Shown: one piece after another, positions 11,893-25,699 of the stretch | How positions within the stretch are numbered: position 1 is the stretch's first letter | Layout: the number at the start of each line of letters is the position of its first letter | DNA from: Octopus sinensis | Taxonomy: Eukaryota | DNA: 64,000 nt | Assembly (NCBI RefSeq): GCF_006345805.1 | Contig: NC_043006.1 | Coordinates: forward strand, 24,738,001-24,802,000 | Direction: 5' to 3' | Made by a program: the position numbers and the translations under genes | The notes under the pieces: model-generated | Databases searched by the model: none | Told to the model about the DNA's origin: nothing | Seen by the model: only the letters and a program-made list of their open reading frames with translations

Positions 11893-12245
11893 GAAGGCAC
11901 ATGGCTCAGTGGTAGAGCCTCAAGTTAACAATCGTGAGGTTGTTAGTTCGAATCCCGGACCAGGCTACATGTTGTGTTCTTGAGCAAGACACTTTATTTC
12001 ACATTGCTCCAGTTCACTCAGCTGTAGAAATGAGTTGCGACGTCACAGGTGTCAAGCTGTATCGGCCTTTGCCTTTCCCTTGGATAACACTGGTAACATA
12101 GAGAGGGGAGGCTGGTATGCATGGGCAACTGCTGGTCTTCCATAAACAACCTTGTGCTGGTCTTCCATAAAAAAACTTGTTCCTGGGAGGGTAGCTTTCT
12201 GGGTGCAATCCCATGGTCAATGATGACTGAAGGAGGTCTAAGCAA
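11893..12245 (+). mobile_element. tRNA-derived SINE family E with a conserved-core-like body
   Basis: A box tggctcagtgg, B box gttcgaatccc, then ttgagcaagacactttatttcacattgctccagttcactcagctg (V/Deu-core-like by recollection). Confidence 0.75.
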
Positions 12246-13622
12246 TTGTGAAATAATGTGCCTTGCCCAAGAACACAATGTGCTACCTAGTCCAAGAACT
12301 GAACCCATGATTCTCTGATCATGAACCCATGCACCTTCACTTCCTAGTTATTTCTCTCTATTATTAGTTGAGTTATTACCCTCTTTTTGATTAAGACATG
12401 TAATATCCTATAACATGTAGCATCCTCAAAAGTTATGTAAGAATTATATTTCCTACATATCTTGGTGAAGAATGTAGAATTAACAGTTTTAATCAGATTT
12501 ATTGATATCTATTGAAGGATAAATGCATATGAGCTCCATTCACCCATGTACAATATATTTTGTAATTATATCGTAAAGTTTATTATTCATAGATGCTTTT
12601 GCTGGTTGGTAAATGCTTGTGACATATTTGTTAATGCAGTAATTCAGAGCAGGGTTGACAAATCTCATGTATCAAAGAAACCTATCTGATAAACCTGTTT
12701 GCGTAAAAAGAACACAAATCTGAAACTAGAGACTGTACAGTTAAATGACATTCCTAACTATTGAGATCTATTCTATGAGGGTGCCAATATCTGCTAGCGA
12801 GTAACACAGTTTGAAGTTATGTATAAAACTGTTACTTTCTCGCTCTGATTGGCCTTGCTTATGCTTGGGGAGCTGCCAACCTGAAAAGTCAGTGAGATGC
12901 CTGAAGCTGCTTCATCCAACATAGCTATTTCACCTTCTATTAGCATTGTTTGCATGAGAGAGCAAAAGAGTGCCATCTTTTCACTAGCTTTTTAGCTGCT
13001 CGGTGAAGGGAGCTTTTGGATTTTAATAATGTACAGTCTGTATTTGACTCTGGAGTAAATTTCTCCAAGTAAGTATATCCCCATAAAAATCTTTTATTTT
13101 ATTTTATTTTATTTATTTTTGTTAAAATGTTAGGGGAAAAAAAATTATAAAATAGAAGAAAAATATAATAAGCATAAACAAAAATTACTACAAAAAATAT
13201 AAAAACATCCACAAAAAACAGTCTCTTTAACATTCATAAGTTGCAGGTGTATATTTTCTATACACTGAGTTATTTTCATATAAACAATAGCACTTCTGTA
13301 TACAAATATTTATTTCTTCTCCATGTAAAGTGTCAAATACTGACTGGTTACTATATCATCTAACAAGCAGGTAAACTATCACTTTTCAGCAAACAGTTTC
13401 TGCTGTTCTACACTTGAGAACATAGCATCATTGCTGTGTTTTGTTTTATCTTACTATCTGAAACTTAAACTCTATACTTTCTACCTGCAAGCTGAAAGCA
13501 GGAATATCTGGAATATAACTATACTAGACATTCAACTCTTTTTATTTTGTGAAACTTCTCATTAATAATTAATATAAGAAGCAAAAAAATGAAATAAAAA
13601 TATGTGAAGATTAGAACTTAAA

Positions 13623-13885
13623 TCATCATCATCATCATCATCATTGTTTAACGTCCGTTCTCCATGCTAGCATGGGTTGGACGGTTCGACCGGGGATCTG
13701 GGAAGCCAGAAGGCTGCACCAGGCTCCGGTCCTATCTGGCAATGTTTCTACAGCTGGATGCCCTTATTAACGCCAACCACTCCGTGAGTGTAGTGGGTGC
13801 TTTTTACATGCCACCTGCACTGGTGCCAGGCGAGGCTGGCATCGGCCACGGTCGGATTGGTGCATTTTACGTGCCACCTGCACAA
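13623..13885 (-). mobile_element. RTE-like LINE 3'UTR fragment
   Basis: (CAT)n tail and end motif as in the other copies. Confidence 0.85.
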
Positions 13886-16449
13886 ATGTAATGCATTGAA
13901 AGTTGATTAGTTTCCATCTAATTATTATTCTTATTGTTATCATCAGGCTTTGAGCAGAATCATGAGAGAGCTAAAGAAAATGTCTTGCAGGGATTGAGTT
14001 CAGATGTTACCAAGTTAAATTTTACCTTTCATCCTTCTGGCTTGATAAAATAACATACTAGAGATTTTGTGGAGTCAGTCTAATCAGCTTACTCCCTAAG
14101 TTTTTATGGTCTGTGCCCATATTAGAATCAGTGATATTTAACTACAGCCTTTATATTCAGAGTTCAAATGTTGACAAAGTTGACCTTGCTTTTCATCCTT
14201 TCAGGAGTTATGAAATAAGTACCAGTGAAACACTGACGTCTATGTAATCAATCTATTGTTTCCCCATTCCAAATTATTGACCTTGTGCTGATATAAGAAA
14301 TCATTATTATTGTAAGACAGTGTCAGAATCAGTAGAGTAACAGTTTAAATGCTTTGTATTTAATTATGGTGTTGACTTTAATGTCATCTTTCTGCCAGCA
14401 TTGAGATAATTGACTATGTTACATGCAGGGTGTTTTTGGAAGAAATCATTGCCATTATTTATTATCAATAATAATATTGTTTAGAGCAGTGTTCTCTAAT
14501 GTGGGAGCTAGTGCCCCCTTGTGGGCACTGTTGTATTGAAAGGAGACACTGGGAGTTTTTATTTCATTTGGGGGCGGGGATAGTGACTATACTCAGGTGG
14601 GCGGTGGGCATTTATCCTTTCTTTCCCTTTCAAATTTTAAAAAATTTGAAAATCACTTTTACTACTTTGGTGAAACCAAGCAAATTCTTGGCACCATGTG
14701 TAACTGGTGTTGCTAAGGTGGAAGCCCCAAAACAAAAAATCAAAAAAAAAAAAACAGATTGACAAATGACTAAAAGAAAAAAAAAGCAATGAATAAAAGT
14801 GAGAAGCTGAATTGTGTGTTTGTGAGCAAATAAAGAAGGGTGGTCAGAATTTTTGATGAAACTGGCTTTTGGGAGTGGCTGATATGTATGTGTTTGTGAA
14901 TGTGTGCATATGTATGGGTATGCTTGTATGTATATGATTGCATGTATGTGTGTTGCAGTTTTGAATTCTTTTCTGCATGGCATGCACACACACACACATT
15001 TGTTTTAGGTTTTGTACCCATTTGCACACCAGATAACGTCGTATGTTCGGAAATTTACATTTTGAATTTGTTTTAATTATAAAATTACACCTCAGCTAAA
15101 AACTCTTGTTTTGGCTCTGGAAAACAGAACCTTTTCTTTCTATTTCTATATTTTTTGTTAAGTTAGAATTTCTCTGTTTTGGTTAGGATTTTCCAATTTT
15201 TCTTTTATTGTCATGTATCAAGCATTAGAGGGAAGCATTTAAAAAAAAATTAATTCATAGAGCCAAATAAAGTCAAAATATAAATTTTAATCCTGAGGGG
15301 AGTAAGCATTTTTTTTTCTTTTCCGTAATACTATGTGTTTGTATTAAGTTTGCAAGATTCTTGATGTGAACTCGTGTGTTGAGACAAATTTTACATATTT
15401 TCCCCTGAAATTATATTTTTTCTGAAGCATTTGTAGTGCTTTCCGTTTCCTTGAAAATAATTGGTAAATATTTTGTAAAGGACCTGCTCATACCTTTGTG
15501 TGAAATAATCTTTTTCCACAGGTTTTTCGAGTGCTTTCAATGTATCTTACCTCCAAACCTGCTGCAAGCCACTTTTTTTCTGCAAAAATGAAGGGAGAAG
15601 GGAGGGGAGGAGAACTTGGAGATTCCCGGGAAACTTGGAGGAGCCTACCAAACATGAAGTACCCCTCCCCCAATGTCTAAATCCAACCCAGTTACTACCA
15701 TGAAACTCTGGAAAATGATCAATTTATTTTTGTAAATAAGTTTACTATAAAAATTAACAAGTATTTTTGAAAAAAAGATGACCACCTGTTATTTATTTAT
15801 TGGCGTACCGAATTAATTTCTACACGTATTATATCCGGTTGAGAATAAGTTTTGAGAATTTTTTTAATCACAACAAATTCTTTTATTATTATTATTACTA
15901 TCATTCAATGAATTATTTAAATATTGTGATTTTGCTTGGAGATTATTTTTAATTATTCATTTTCCATTATCTTTTCTTACTGGAATTATAGTCATGAAAT
16001 TTATTAATAGGAAATTTTGATAGAGAAAGGTTATTTAGCACCTTGCTTGTTGTGAACATGCCATGCATTAAGTCCGTGGATCTCTCTATCATATACTTTA
16101 ATTTGTCTCTCAATTATCTATTGTCACTCAACTAATTTTCCAGTTTCTTTTAAATAGATTAATGTGCTTCTACCTCTAACCATATTTATCTAGATGCTAC
16201 ATAGACTAGGCAGGTTCACACTTACAATGGTGAAGCAGCTGATTTAGTAGGAGAAATAATTGTAAAAGCTTCATATAACAATTAATCTTTCAATCATAAA
16301 CTCTTTATTGTTTCAACAAAGTACTATTATTTCAGGGAAAAAAAGCACTCTTGCACCTCAATAGTTTTTTGAAGAGTTAATGGTGATTGTTGAAAATATT
16401 GGTAATTTTTTTTTTCTACCTTAATTTATTTTCAGTGCTTGAGTTCACC

Positions 16450-17150
16450 TATAATCATTTCAGGAAACTCATTAAAGTGAAAACGCAGACAGTATAGCAT
16501 TGGATTTTTGAAGTCTGGATTTATTATTGCTCCTAATAACAAACAACAGCCAATGTGTCTTCTTTGTGACAAAGCTTTTTTGAATGAGCCAAGAAGCTAT
16601 TTAAGCTTTCCAATCATTTAAACAAGATACATCTACATAAAGTAGACAAAGATTTGTCATACTTTAAAACTCTATTAGATAAATTTCACAACAGAAAATC
16701 TATTCACTCCCTTATGACAAACCAATCACAGAAATGTGATGATACACTTGTCAGATCAGGGAAACCTTATACAATTGGAGAATAACTCATTTTGCCAGCT
16801 CTTAGCACAATAGTACATCATCCTTCCCCAAGTTGAATTATCAGAACAATTCCACTTAGTAATAATTCTGTGGAAAGAAGAATTGATGAAATGGCTGAGG
16901 ACACTGAAGAAATGTTATTTACAGTACTTAAAAAATTGACAATTTGGTTTACAGTTGGATGAGTCGACTCTCCCAGACAATGAAGCACTGCTTTTAGAAT
17001 ATGTTCGCTTTATTAAAGATCAGAAAATTGTGCAAGAATTATTGCTTGCAAAGGATATAGACAGATATTGTTCATAGGGATTTCTTTATCTGTCAAAAAC
17101 TGTTTAACTATAGTAAAAATGGATTCACCTTTAGTGTCTGTTTTAAGTTC
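16450..17150 (+). pseudogene. hAT Buster/Charlie-type (ZBED5/SCAND3-like) transposase remnant; last ~90 bp inverted
   Basis: KRRQYS..GFI..QPMCLLC; SGKPYTIGE.LILPA; IPLSNNSVERRIDEMAED; LQLDESTLPDNEALLLEYVRFI; LKTDTKGESIF continues on the minus strand. Confidence 0.85.
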
Positions 17151-18214
17151 TGGCTCAGTTGAAATGTTTAACATGGTGAAACAATGCCATGAAGACATAT
17201 GAATTAAAAGATATATCAATAGGTAATTAAATTAAAATGAAATAACCTTAGTTAGAAAATAGTTGTGGTTGTTACATTTCTATCTTTTATGTGTTTTAGA
17301 CAAAAGGTTGTGACCATGCTGGGGTCCTGATATTTATTTTTTTGTTATTAGGTTAAATGCTTGTCAGTTTCATAAGTAAACAGATACATACATCAGCAAA
17401 TGAGGAAAGTAGCTATGATAGTTAATGAAGTAGACAGATAGATAGATAGGGGGATATGTAGGTGAGTTTATAAATATATCAATAGATATGATGAAAGAGA
17501 GATATATTTATAGATATAGAAATAGATAGGTAACTGAATTGAAATGAAATGAAAAGAAATTAAAATAATCTCAATTGGTAAATAACTTGGACTGAGCCAG
17601 TGAAAAGTGTAGTGGAAAATCCATGGGTCCTATTAGTCATTATAAATAGTATAGTGTAGTTTAGAGTCTTTATGATGTTCAGTTTTATCTTTGTATATTC
17701 TGAGTTAACTTTGCTCTGCATCTACTGTGTTTGTTTAAATTCTTAACCAGTTGTTGTTTAGCTGATCAAGTGGACTCACTATCAATCTTGATGACCCACT
17801 ATTATTTGTACAATGTGGTCTTACAACATATTTTTGTATGGTATAATCTAACCACAGTTATATGAACTCTTTTGTTACTATATTTCTGTTGAAATACACT
17901 GTCTTTCTTTCAACTACTTTTAAAAATAAAGAATGTAGTGAAATAACTTTGTCAATATTAAGTTGATGTTTGGAACATAAATTACTACAGAAAGTTTGAT
18001 GGAAGGTTTTAACTTAGATCACTTTAAAACTTTGAATCCTCAAACCTGAGGCAGTTTCAAGCAGGTTGGTATCAAACAGGTTATTCTGATTTTACCATAG
18101 ATCTTTGTGCAGTATAATCTTATCACTGTTCTGTAGAATGTGGTCTTATGACAAATTTTTATACAATATGATCTTACCACAGAACTTTATGCAGTGAGTT
18201 TTTTTAACACAGCT

Positions 18215-18330
18215 ACTTGTGAAGACCTGTTGAGGCAAGTGAAAATCAAAATTGAAATCGATCAACATTAATGGAAATTGTAGCTGTGATACCAGTGCCG
18301 GTGGCACATAAGAGAACCATCCGAACCAAT
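18215..18330 (+). mobile_element. RTE-like LINE 3'UTR internal fragment
   Basis: cttgtgaagacctgttgaggcaagtgaaaatc..gataccagtgccggtggcac. Confidence 0.7.
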
Positions 18331-18719
18331 TCTTATCTATTTTGAAGTGACATAATACCAGTATATCAAACAACAAACAGCTTGAACATAGTGACATGAA
18401 AAATTGGAAATAAACAATACTGTATGGATGAACCTTTTGTTTACAAAGACAGCAGAACATGTCAAGGCATATAAAAAAAAAACTTGAAAAATCTTTCACA
18501 CAAGCAAATAACATCATCTGCATCAACAGTAAAATCCTTGTTTGCAATCAACAATTGCATCTGAAGATAAGGGAAAATATAATCTTATTCATACAAACAC
18601 AGGCACACACAAACATACATACTCATGCTTTTTTTGTTCCTGCTTTCACACTTTTCTGACAAGTTGTACTGCACCTAAGCATTTTATACAATAAGCTTTT
18701 CCTCCTCCTCCCTATTAAA

Positions 18720-18935
18720 GCAGTGAGCTGGTAGAATTGTTAGCATGCAGGGCAAAATATTAAGTGATACTTCATCCATTTCTACAATATGACTTCAAAT
18801 TCCACGAAGGTTGACTTTGCTTTTCATCCTTTTGGGGTCAATAAATTAAGTACCAGTGATATATTGGGGTCAATGTAATCAACTTGTCCCCTCCCACAAA
18901 ATTCCAGGCCTTGTGCCTATAGCAGAAAGGATTAG
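18720..18935 (+). mobile_element. SINE family C, degenerate
   Basis: gagctggtagaattgttagcatgc..ttgactttgcttttcatccttttggggtcaataaattaagtaccag. Confidence 0.75.
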
Positions 18936-18939
18936 CTCC

Positions 18940-19700
18940 TACCTCTGCTGGTAACAAAGAGCTTCTTACTCAGAGTGAAAAGTAGACTGTATGATGCATA
19001 TGTGCAAACAGCTATGCTAGACGGCTGTGAAACATAGGCTGTGATTGTTGTGGACATGTATAAGCTTGAAAGAAATGAAGCTAGTAAGCTCCGCTGGATG
19101 TGTAAAGTGTCAGTGTGTATACACAACCGAGTGTAAGCACCTTGAGAGAAAAGTTGAACATAAGAAGCATCAGATGTGGTGTGCAAGAGAGATGACTGTG
19201 CTGGTATGGTCATGTGTTATGTATGGATGAGGACAGCTGTGTGAAGTGTCACACCCTAACAGTGGAGGGAACCTGTGGAAGAGGTAGACCCAGGAAGACC
19301 TGGGATGAGGTGGTGAAGCATGACCTTTGAATGTTGGGCCTCACAGAGGTAATGTCAAGGGACCGAGACCTTTGGAGATATGCTGTGCTTGAGAAGATCC
19401 TCAAGCCAAGTGAAATTGTAGCTGTGGCCTATGCCAGTGTCGCATAACTGGCCCATTTAAGAGTATTTTTCAATTGTCAAGCAATATGCTGTGCTTGAGA
19501 AGACCTGTTGAGGCAAGTGAAATTGTTGTCATGGCTGATGCCAGTATCGCCTGGCTGGTACCTATGCTGGTGGCACTTAAAGAGCACCATATGAGTGTGG
19601 CCAATGCCAGTACGACTGGCTCCCATGGCAGTCCTCAGTCAAACCGTCCAACCCATGCGAGCATGGGAAGCAGACGTTAAACAACAATGATAATGAGGAT
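18940..19700 (+). mobile_element. RTE-like LINE 3' fragment including the RT C-terminus
   Basis: RVKSRLYDAYVQTAMLDGCET; GTCGRGRPRKTWDEVVKHDL; 3' end motif and (GAT)n tail. Confidence 0.85.
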
Positions 19701-19714
19701 GATGATTATTATTA

Positions 19715-19925
19715 GGGTGGTGAACTGGCAGAACTGTTAGCATGCAGGGTGAAATGCTTAGCAGTATTTCATCCATCTATACATTCTGAATTTGAATTCC
19801 ACCACGGTTGACTTTACTTTTCCTCACTTTCAGCATCAATAAAATAAGTACCAGTTGAACACTGGGGTTGATTTAATTGATTTCACCCCTCTCCCAGACA
19901 TGCTGGCCTTGTGTCAAAGTTTGAA
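19715..19925 (+). mobile_element. SINE family C, degenerate
   Basis: gaactggcagaactgttagcatgc..aagtaccagttgaacactgggg. Confidence 0.7.
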
Positions 19926-20021
19926 ATTATTATTATTATTATTGCCTTTGCACAGATTCTAATAACTGGAGATGTACTATAGTGTCAGCTCTTCAATACC
20001 AGTGAACTAAGGTAATACCCC

Positions 20022-20965
20022 TTATTTTTTGAGCACAATCTGGAGTATTCGAGCGGTTCCAAGCAGTGCTGTTTTCTGCAAGTGCTCCACCCTTATTGTA
20101 TCCCCTATTTGTTCCATGTACTTCTTGAGGTTTTTACTCACTGTTCCCAGGGCTCTGACAATTATTGGTGCCACTATCACCTTTTTCATTGACCACAACT
20201 GCTTTACCTCCCAAACTAACCTGTCATACCTATTGACTTTTCTTTCTTCATTATCGCATACCTTGTTGTCAGCTGGGCATGCTATATCTATGATCCAGCA
20301 GAGTTTGGTTTCTTTCTCAATTAAGACTATGTCTGGCTTCCTATTCTCTATCTCATGGTCACACTGAATCATAAAATCCCATAGAATTATTGCATTATCA
20401 TTTTAGATGATGCCTTCGGGTTTGTGGTTGTACCAATTTTTTCCTCTGTCAAGTCCATACTTGTTGCAAAGTGTCCAATAGACAAGCCTTGCTATATTGT
20501 TGTAGCATATATTTATTGGTGGCGAGCTGGCAGAAACATTAGCACGCCGGGCGAAATGCGTAGCCGTATTTCCTCTGCCGTTACGTTCTGAGTTCAAATT
20601 CCGCCGAGGTCGACTTTACCTTTCATCCTTTCGGGGTCAATAAATTAAGTACCAGTTACGCACTGGGGTCGATATAATCGACTTAATCTGTCTGTCTGTC
20701 CTTGTTTGTCTCCTCTGTGTTTAGCCCCTTGTGGGTAGTAAAGAAATATACATTGTTGTAGCATCTCTTATATTCCTTCTGGGCTAGTGGTGTATATTGG
20801 CTGGTAATATGCCATACAGTTTCACCATTTTGTCCACAGATTCTGCACTTATCACTTTCTGATGTGTTGTCTACTCTGTATTTTATGTAGTTTGTTCTTA
20901 GTGCTTGCTCTTGGGCAGCATAGATTAGAGCCTCTGTTTCCGGTTTTAAATCACTTTTAGTCATC
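20022..20965 (-). pseudogene. R4/Dong-like retrotransposon C-terminus (zinc knuckle plus restriction-like endonuclease), split by a SINE
   Basis: ETEALIYAAQEQALRTNY; KCRICGQNGETVWHI; NRKPDIVLIEK..IIDIACP; EERKVNRY; LQKTALLGTARIL. Confidence 0.88.
20516..20751 (+). mobile_element. SINE family C with a 13-bp TSD
   Basis: attgttgtagcat at 20496-20508 and 20752-20764; B-box-like gagttcaaattcc. Confidence 0.9.
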
Positions 20966-21177
20966 TACAGCCATCTTTTTTCTCTGTCTATCTTATCTTC
21001 AACATCCCTTGAAATTGTCCATGCATTTTTTCTTTACCTATCTATTTTCAGTTTCAATTGTTTTCAATTACTTGTACAGTACTTTATCTTTGCAATCTTT
21101 CATCCTACACAAGCCTGACCTTCTTACTTCTAATAATAGTAATTATGTGACATTTTTTTACATACCATGCTATGTTA

Positions 21178-21355
21178 CAGTTCTATATTTAAGAGATGAG
21201 ACATTATGTACATTATTTATATTATTTACATTTGATGGATACTTGTCCTCATCTTGTTTGTTGTTAACACAACGTTTATGCTGATATAAACATATAAATC
21301 TTCATCAGGTGTCTTGGGGAAATTTCGAACCTGGGTTCTCATTCCTAAGGTATTT
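21178..21355 (-). mobile_element. Family D hammerhead-bearing element, 5'-truncated (no tRNA head)
   Basis: Minus strand agacac-CTGATGAA..cagcat-aaACGTT-gtgtt and the tail shared with the copies at 28978 and 61085. Confidence 0.8.
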
Positions 21356-22084
21356 GGAAATTATAAAGAGAAACAATTTGGACTGTCTGTATTTTAAAGC
21401 CATGAATTAAATATATATATACATATCTTACTTTATTTATTAAGGAATAAAAATTCCGGCATCACAGGGGTTCAAATTATTCTCAATGAGGAAATATATA
21501 TATTTTTTATTTAGAGATAGTAGTCCCCTTCATCCCACCATATAAAAGAATTTTAATCTAATTTAATACTTACTACTCATTTCTTGGCTACACGTGTTTC
21601 TTGAGGTTCTTTTACTGTTCCTTAAGCACACAGTATTTTACAGCAACCTTTCTTAAAATGTAACCCCAATCATCAGGCCTCTAAATAACTCTATCATATT
21701 TCAATACCAAATACTATATTTTAATTTTAATATATAAGTATGTGTATGTGTAAATAGGTTCGCCGGACCTTACTGTGCAAGCCATAATTTAATTCAAATA
21801 AAACATTTTAAAAAACAAATAAAAATAAAAAATAGGAATAAAAAATAAAAATTTACAAAAACTAAATTCTCACGTAACTTATGTCTGTAAACATTCATAT
21901 AAAAATTAATAATATATAGGGATAAAAATAAAATATATACTTGTGATGATATAAAATGAAAGTAATGGCAAATAAATATATTCGAATAAAAATGAAAGCG
22001 ATGACAAATAAATATACATTGCAGTGTATAACAACAATTAATGCATAGCAGATAGATTGGTAAAAAAAAATGGATTTGAAAAAA

Positions 22085-22300
22085 TATTCTTTTCTACTCT
22101 AGGTACAAGGCCTGAAATTTTTGGGGAGGGGGCCAGTCGATTAGATTGACCCCAGTTTGCAACTGGTACTTAATCTATTGATCCCCAAAAGGATGATAGG
22201 CAAAGTCAAACCTGGTGGAATTTGAACTCAGAATGTAATGACAGATGAAATACCGCTATGCATTTCGCCCAGTATGCTAACATTTCTGCCAGCTTCTGCC
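22085..22300 (-). mobile_element. SINE family C, degenerate
   Basis: Reverse complement of the family C body (ctggtacttaat..aaaggatga..ggcaaagtc..aatttgaactcagaa). Confidence 0.75.
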
Positions 22301-22698
22301 TTGAAAACAAAAATCATTAGCTTTAATGAATAATTCTTAATGTAAAAGTGAAGGTAAACAACTCTGAAATCCAAACTAAAAATTAAATGAGCTATGTATC
22401 TTGGCTGTGTTTTCACTGCAGTACCAGTGGCATGGTATGAATAGCCCTTGATTGGCACTTTGTTGTTGTGTTGTCTACTGAGTAGCATGTACTTAATAAA
22501 AAAGAGGTTGGCTAATAAAGGGTGACTCAGCCCAGAACAAATATGCAGTGTGCACAAAGCTCCATAATTTTGTAGAAGAGTAGACATGTCAGTGAATAGT
22601 TGTTGGTTAGCATCCTATTTGAGGTAAACTCCAATTTTTTAACATGGTTGTGTGGTTAAGAAGTTCGTTTTACAACCGTGTGATTTCATTTTACAAAA

Positions 22699-22880
22699 AT
22701 ATAAACATTGGACAAATATCTTTTACCATCACATCAGGTTGACCAATGCCTTAAAAGTGAAACATGGTAGATGGAAACTATGTAGAATCATATAAACATT
22801 GGACAAATATCTTTTACCATCACATCAGGTTGACCAATGCCTTAAAAGTGAAACACGGTAGATGGAAACTATGTAGAATC
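22699..22880. repeat. 91-bp tandem duplication (2 copies)
   Basis: atataaacattggacaaat..tgtagaatc repeated at 22699 and 22790 with 1 mismatch seen. Confidence 0.92.
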
Positions 22881-23729
22881 TTACACCAAGCACATATATA
22901 TGCTTGTTCAGATGTGTATATATGTGTATAACAGTGTTCAATAGCAGAAAAAGGTGATCCAACAAAAATTACTTGTGATATATTAAGTTTCCCTTGCTTT
23001 CCCTTACATCCATTTGACTTCACTTATTCTGAGGCCAATAAAATGCCTTTATAAACACTGTGATTATACTTTTATAAATTATACCTTTAGGTCTGCATTA
23101 TTTTATACAGATCCTTATAATGTGTGCATTATATATACTCATATACAAGCAATTCACCATTTTTAAAATATTTATATAATATATAAAAAATCCTATTCCA
23201 AGCTCTTTTAATCCTACATATAACATTTATTTACAAACTGCTTTGAACAAAGAAATAGAAACAAAAATTTTGGAGCTGTAGATTTCAATAAGCTTGGTTT
23301 TGTTCACTTATTAACAATTCTTTTGCATATGTAACCATTTGGTTTAGCAGCTTTTTTATTCTATTACATAATTTTGTATTTAGTTTTTGGTAATATTAGA
23401 CAACTGACCTAGATCTCATCTACAAAAGTATTCAGCTTCTTATGAGTTGCTGGTAAACTGATAGTTCCCTACTTAAGTGCACTACAAATAAATCAGATAC
23501 TATGAATATTTGTGAATCATTGTAGATTATTTGACAACTATTTAATTCTTGTCTGCTCTATAATTTAATTCTTTTATTAATTTCCATTCAATACAATTTT
23601 TTAAAAATGCAAATGCTCAAAATATTTTTTTATAATAAATAGTTCATGTGAAACAGAGCAGTAACAGTGAGTCATCTTAACACAACTTTCTCCCTCTTTC
23701 TTGTGTGTGTGTGTGTGTGTATGTGAATG

Positions 23730-24165
23730 CAGAGGACATGCAAAAGCTTGAAAGAGGTGAAACTGAATGTATAATGTCAATTTGTGTACAACAAATATGA
23801 GAAAAAATCAGATGCTGTGTGTAAGAGATAAAACTGAATGGAATGCTGCCAATTCAAAAGTTTTCCAGTCTCTTATTCATAACCTCTTTGATGCAGATAA
23901 CTGTGACTTAGTCACTCATACAGTGGATGACATGCAAATACTTATGAATCGTATTTCTGCTTCTTGCAAGGCATTTGGACTCAGCATTAGCTTGGACAAG
24001 ACTGTTGTAATGTTCCAGCCTGCACCAGAAAATCCATATGTGGAACCAGCTATCTTGGTTGATGGAACAATTCTGAAAGTGGTAGACAGGTTTGTCTATT
24101 TGGGCAGCACACTCAGCTATCCTTGCTCCCTGGATAATGAAATATCTTTCAGGCTGCAGAGAGAT
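23730..24165 (+). pseudogene. RTE-clade RT fragment
   Basis: LFDADNCDLVTH..MQILMNRISASCKAFGLSISLDKTVVM; VVDRFVYLGSTLS. Confidence 0.8.
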
Positions 24166-24254
24166 TTAACTCTGAGAGGTTCAACACTTGAAAGGAACTT
24201 AGTCACTTTACCTTCATGAGGCCCAACGTCCAAATGTTCTTAATGTGCCACGAG

Positions 24255-25030
24255 TATGAGTGCACTTGGCTTGATGGGTCCTCTCAAGCACAGCATATTG
24301 CCAAAGGTCTTGGTCACCAGTCATTGCCTCTGTGAGGTTCAAAGTTGAAAGATCATGCTTCACCACCTCATCCCATGTCCACAGTTAGAGATTGGCACTT
24401 TTTTATACACACACATATATATATATATATACACATACATATATGTGTGTATTGAGACCTTTGGGAATATACTGTGCCTCAGAAGACCCGGCAAACTAAA
24501 TGAGACCATAACCCATGGCCTATGCCAGTGGAATAACCAGCCTACTTATGTGTATCATTCCTTCATTGGATACTAAACTCTGCTTGTGAAGACCTGTCGC
24601 GGCAAGTGAAATCAAAATCAAATTCAATGACAGCACTGGATGACTGGCATCTGTGCTAGTGGAGCGCTAAGAGCACCATCTGAGCGTGATCATTGCCAGG
24701 GCCGCTGACTGGCTCCTGTGCTGGTGGCATGTAAAAAGCACCATCTGAGCATGATTGTTACCAGCATCGCTTTACTGGCACTTGTGCCAGTGGCATGTGA
24801 AAAACAACATTTGAGCGAGGTCATTGCCAGTGCCATTGGACTGGCTCCTGTGCAGGTGGTATGTAAAAGCACCCACTACACTCTGAGTGGCTGGCATTAG
24901 GAAGGGCATCCAGATGTAGAAACTACAGATCAGATTGGAGCCTGGTGCAGCCATCTGGCTTGCCAGTCCTCAGTCAAACTGTCCAACCCATGCCAGCATG
25001 GAAAGTGGACATTAAACAATGATGATGATA
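24255..25030 (+). mobile_element. RTE-like LINE 3' copy, preceded by an opposite-strand RT C-terminal piece across a TA/CA tract
   Basis: 24262-24400 is LINE RT end on minus; 24452-25030 is 3'UTR on plus ending (GAT)n then TA. Confidence 0.8.
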
Positions 25031-25419
25031 TATACATATATAATATAAGTTAATATGTGCATATATCTGTAGATATATCTATTTTCTAAAATAGTTGAAT
25101 GTCAATTTGTCCTTTAATTGGAGTAGTTTCCAAAAGGTTTCTAACATTGTTTCTTCATACTGGTGTAAATTAGCATAGATATGAAAATTTACATAAGTAT
25201 ATGATTCAATGTATAAAACAAAGTCCAACAAATTCAATTATATTTTTCGAAAATGGAAGAGATTAGATGTTAATATGGATTGAAATTATTTTTATTCATA
25301 TAGTTTGTTTCATACAGAAAGACAATATATTCATTTTAAGAATCTGGGTTGTCAAAAAGTATTTGTCAGTAGCAAAAATTAAGGAAAGGGAAAAAACCTA
25401 AAAAGACATTAGAAAAAAC

Positions 25420-25645
25420 CTAAAAAGACATGTTCTGAGGAGGGTGCTTGAGTTTGAGGTAAATGGACTGTGAAAGTGAGGCAGACCGAGGAAAACATGA
25501 GGGAACAGGTGGAGAAGGAGATTGGGAGGGTTGAGAAGGGAGGATGCCCAGAACTGGGTAAGATGGCGAGATGCTGTGAGGGCAGTTGCTATGGCATTGA
25601 GGTAGATCCGTCCACCCACATTAATGGGGACTAAACCTGGATTAC
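25420..25645 (+). mobile_element. 3' end of a second RTE-like LINE family
   Basis: RRVLEFEV..GRPRKT.REQVEKE..WVRWRDAVRAV reading, ending in attac repeats. Confidence 0.6.
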
Positions 25646-25699
25646 ATTACTATCATTACATTCTTGAATGTAATGATAGTAATGGGAAATTAAGTTATT

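Noticed and set aside
12790-13075. Possible host exon or promoter (CCAAT-like site, caa/gtaagt donor)
   Set aside because: No recognisable coding frame or partner exons; cannot be supported without transcripts.
16205-16340. Possible retroviral-type protease remnant (TYNGEAADLVGEIIV)
   Set aside because: Too short and degenerate, with no catalytic motif.
7560-20965. One R4/Dong element split over 13 kb
   Set aside because: N- and C-terminal pieces are in the wrong order for a single minus-strand element.
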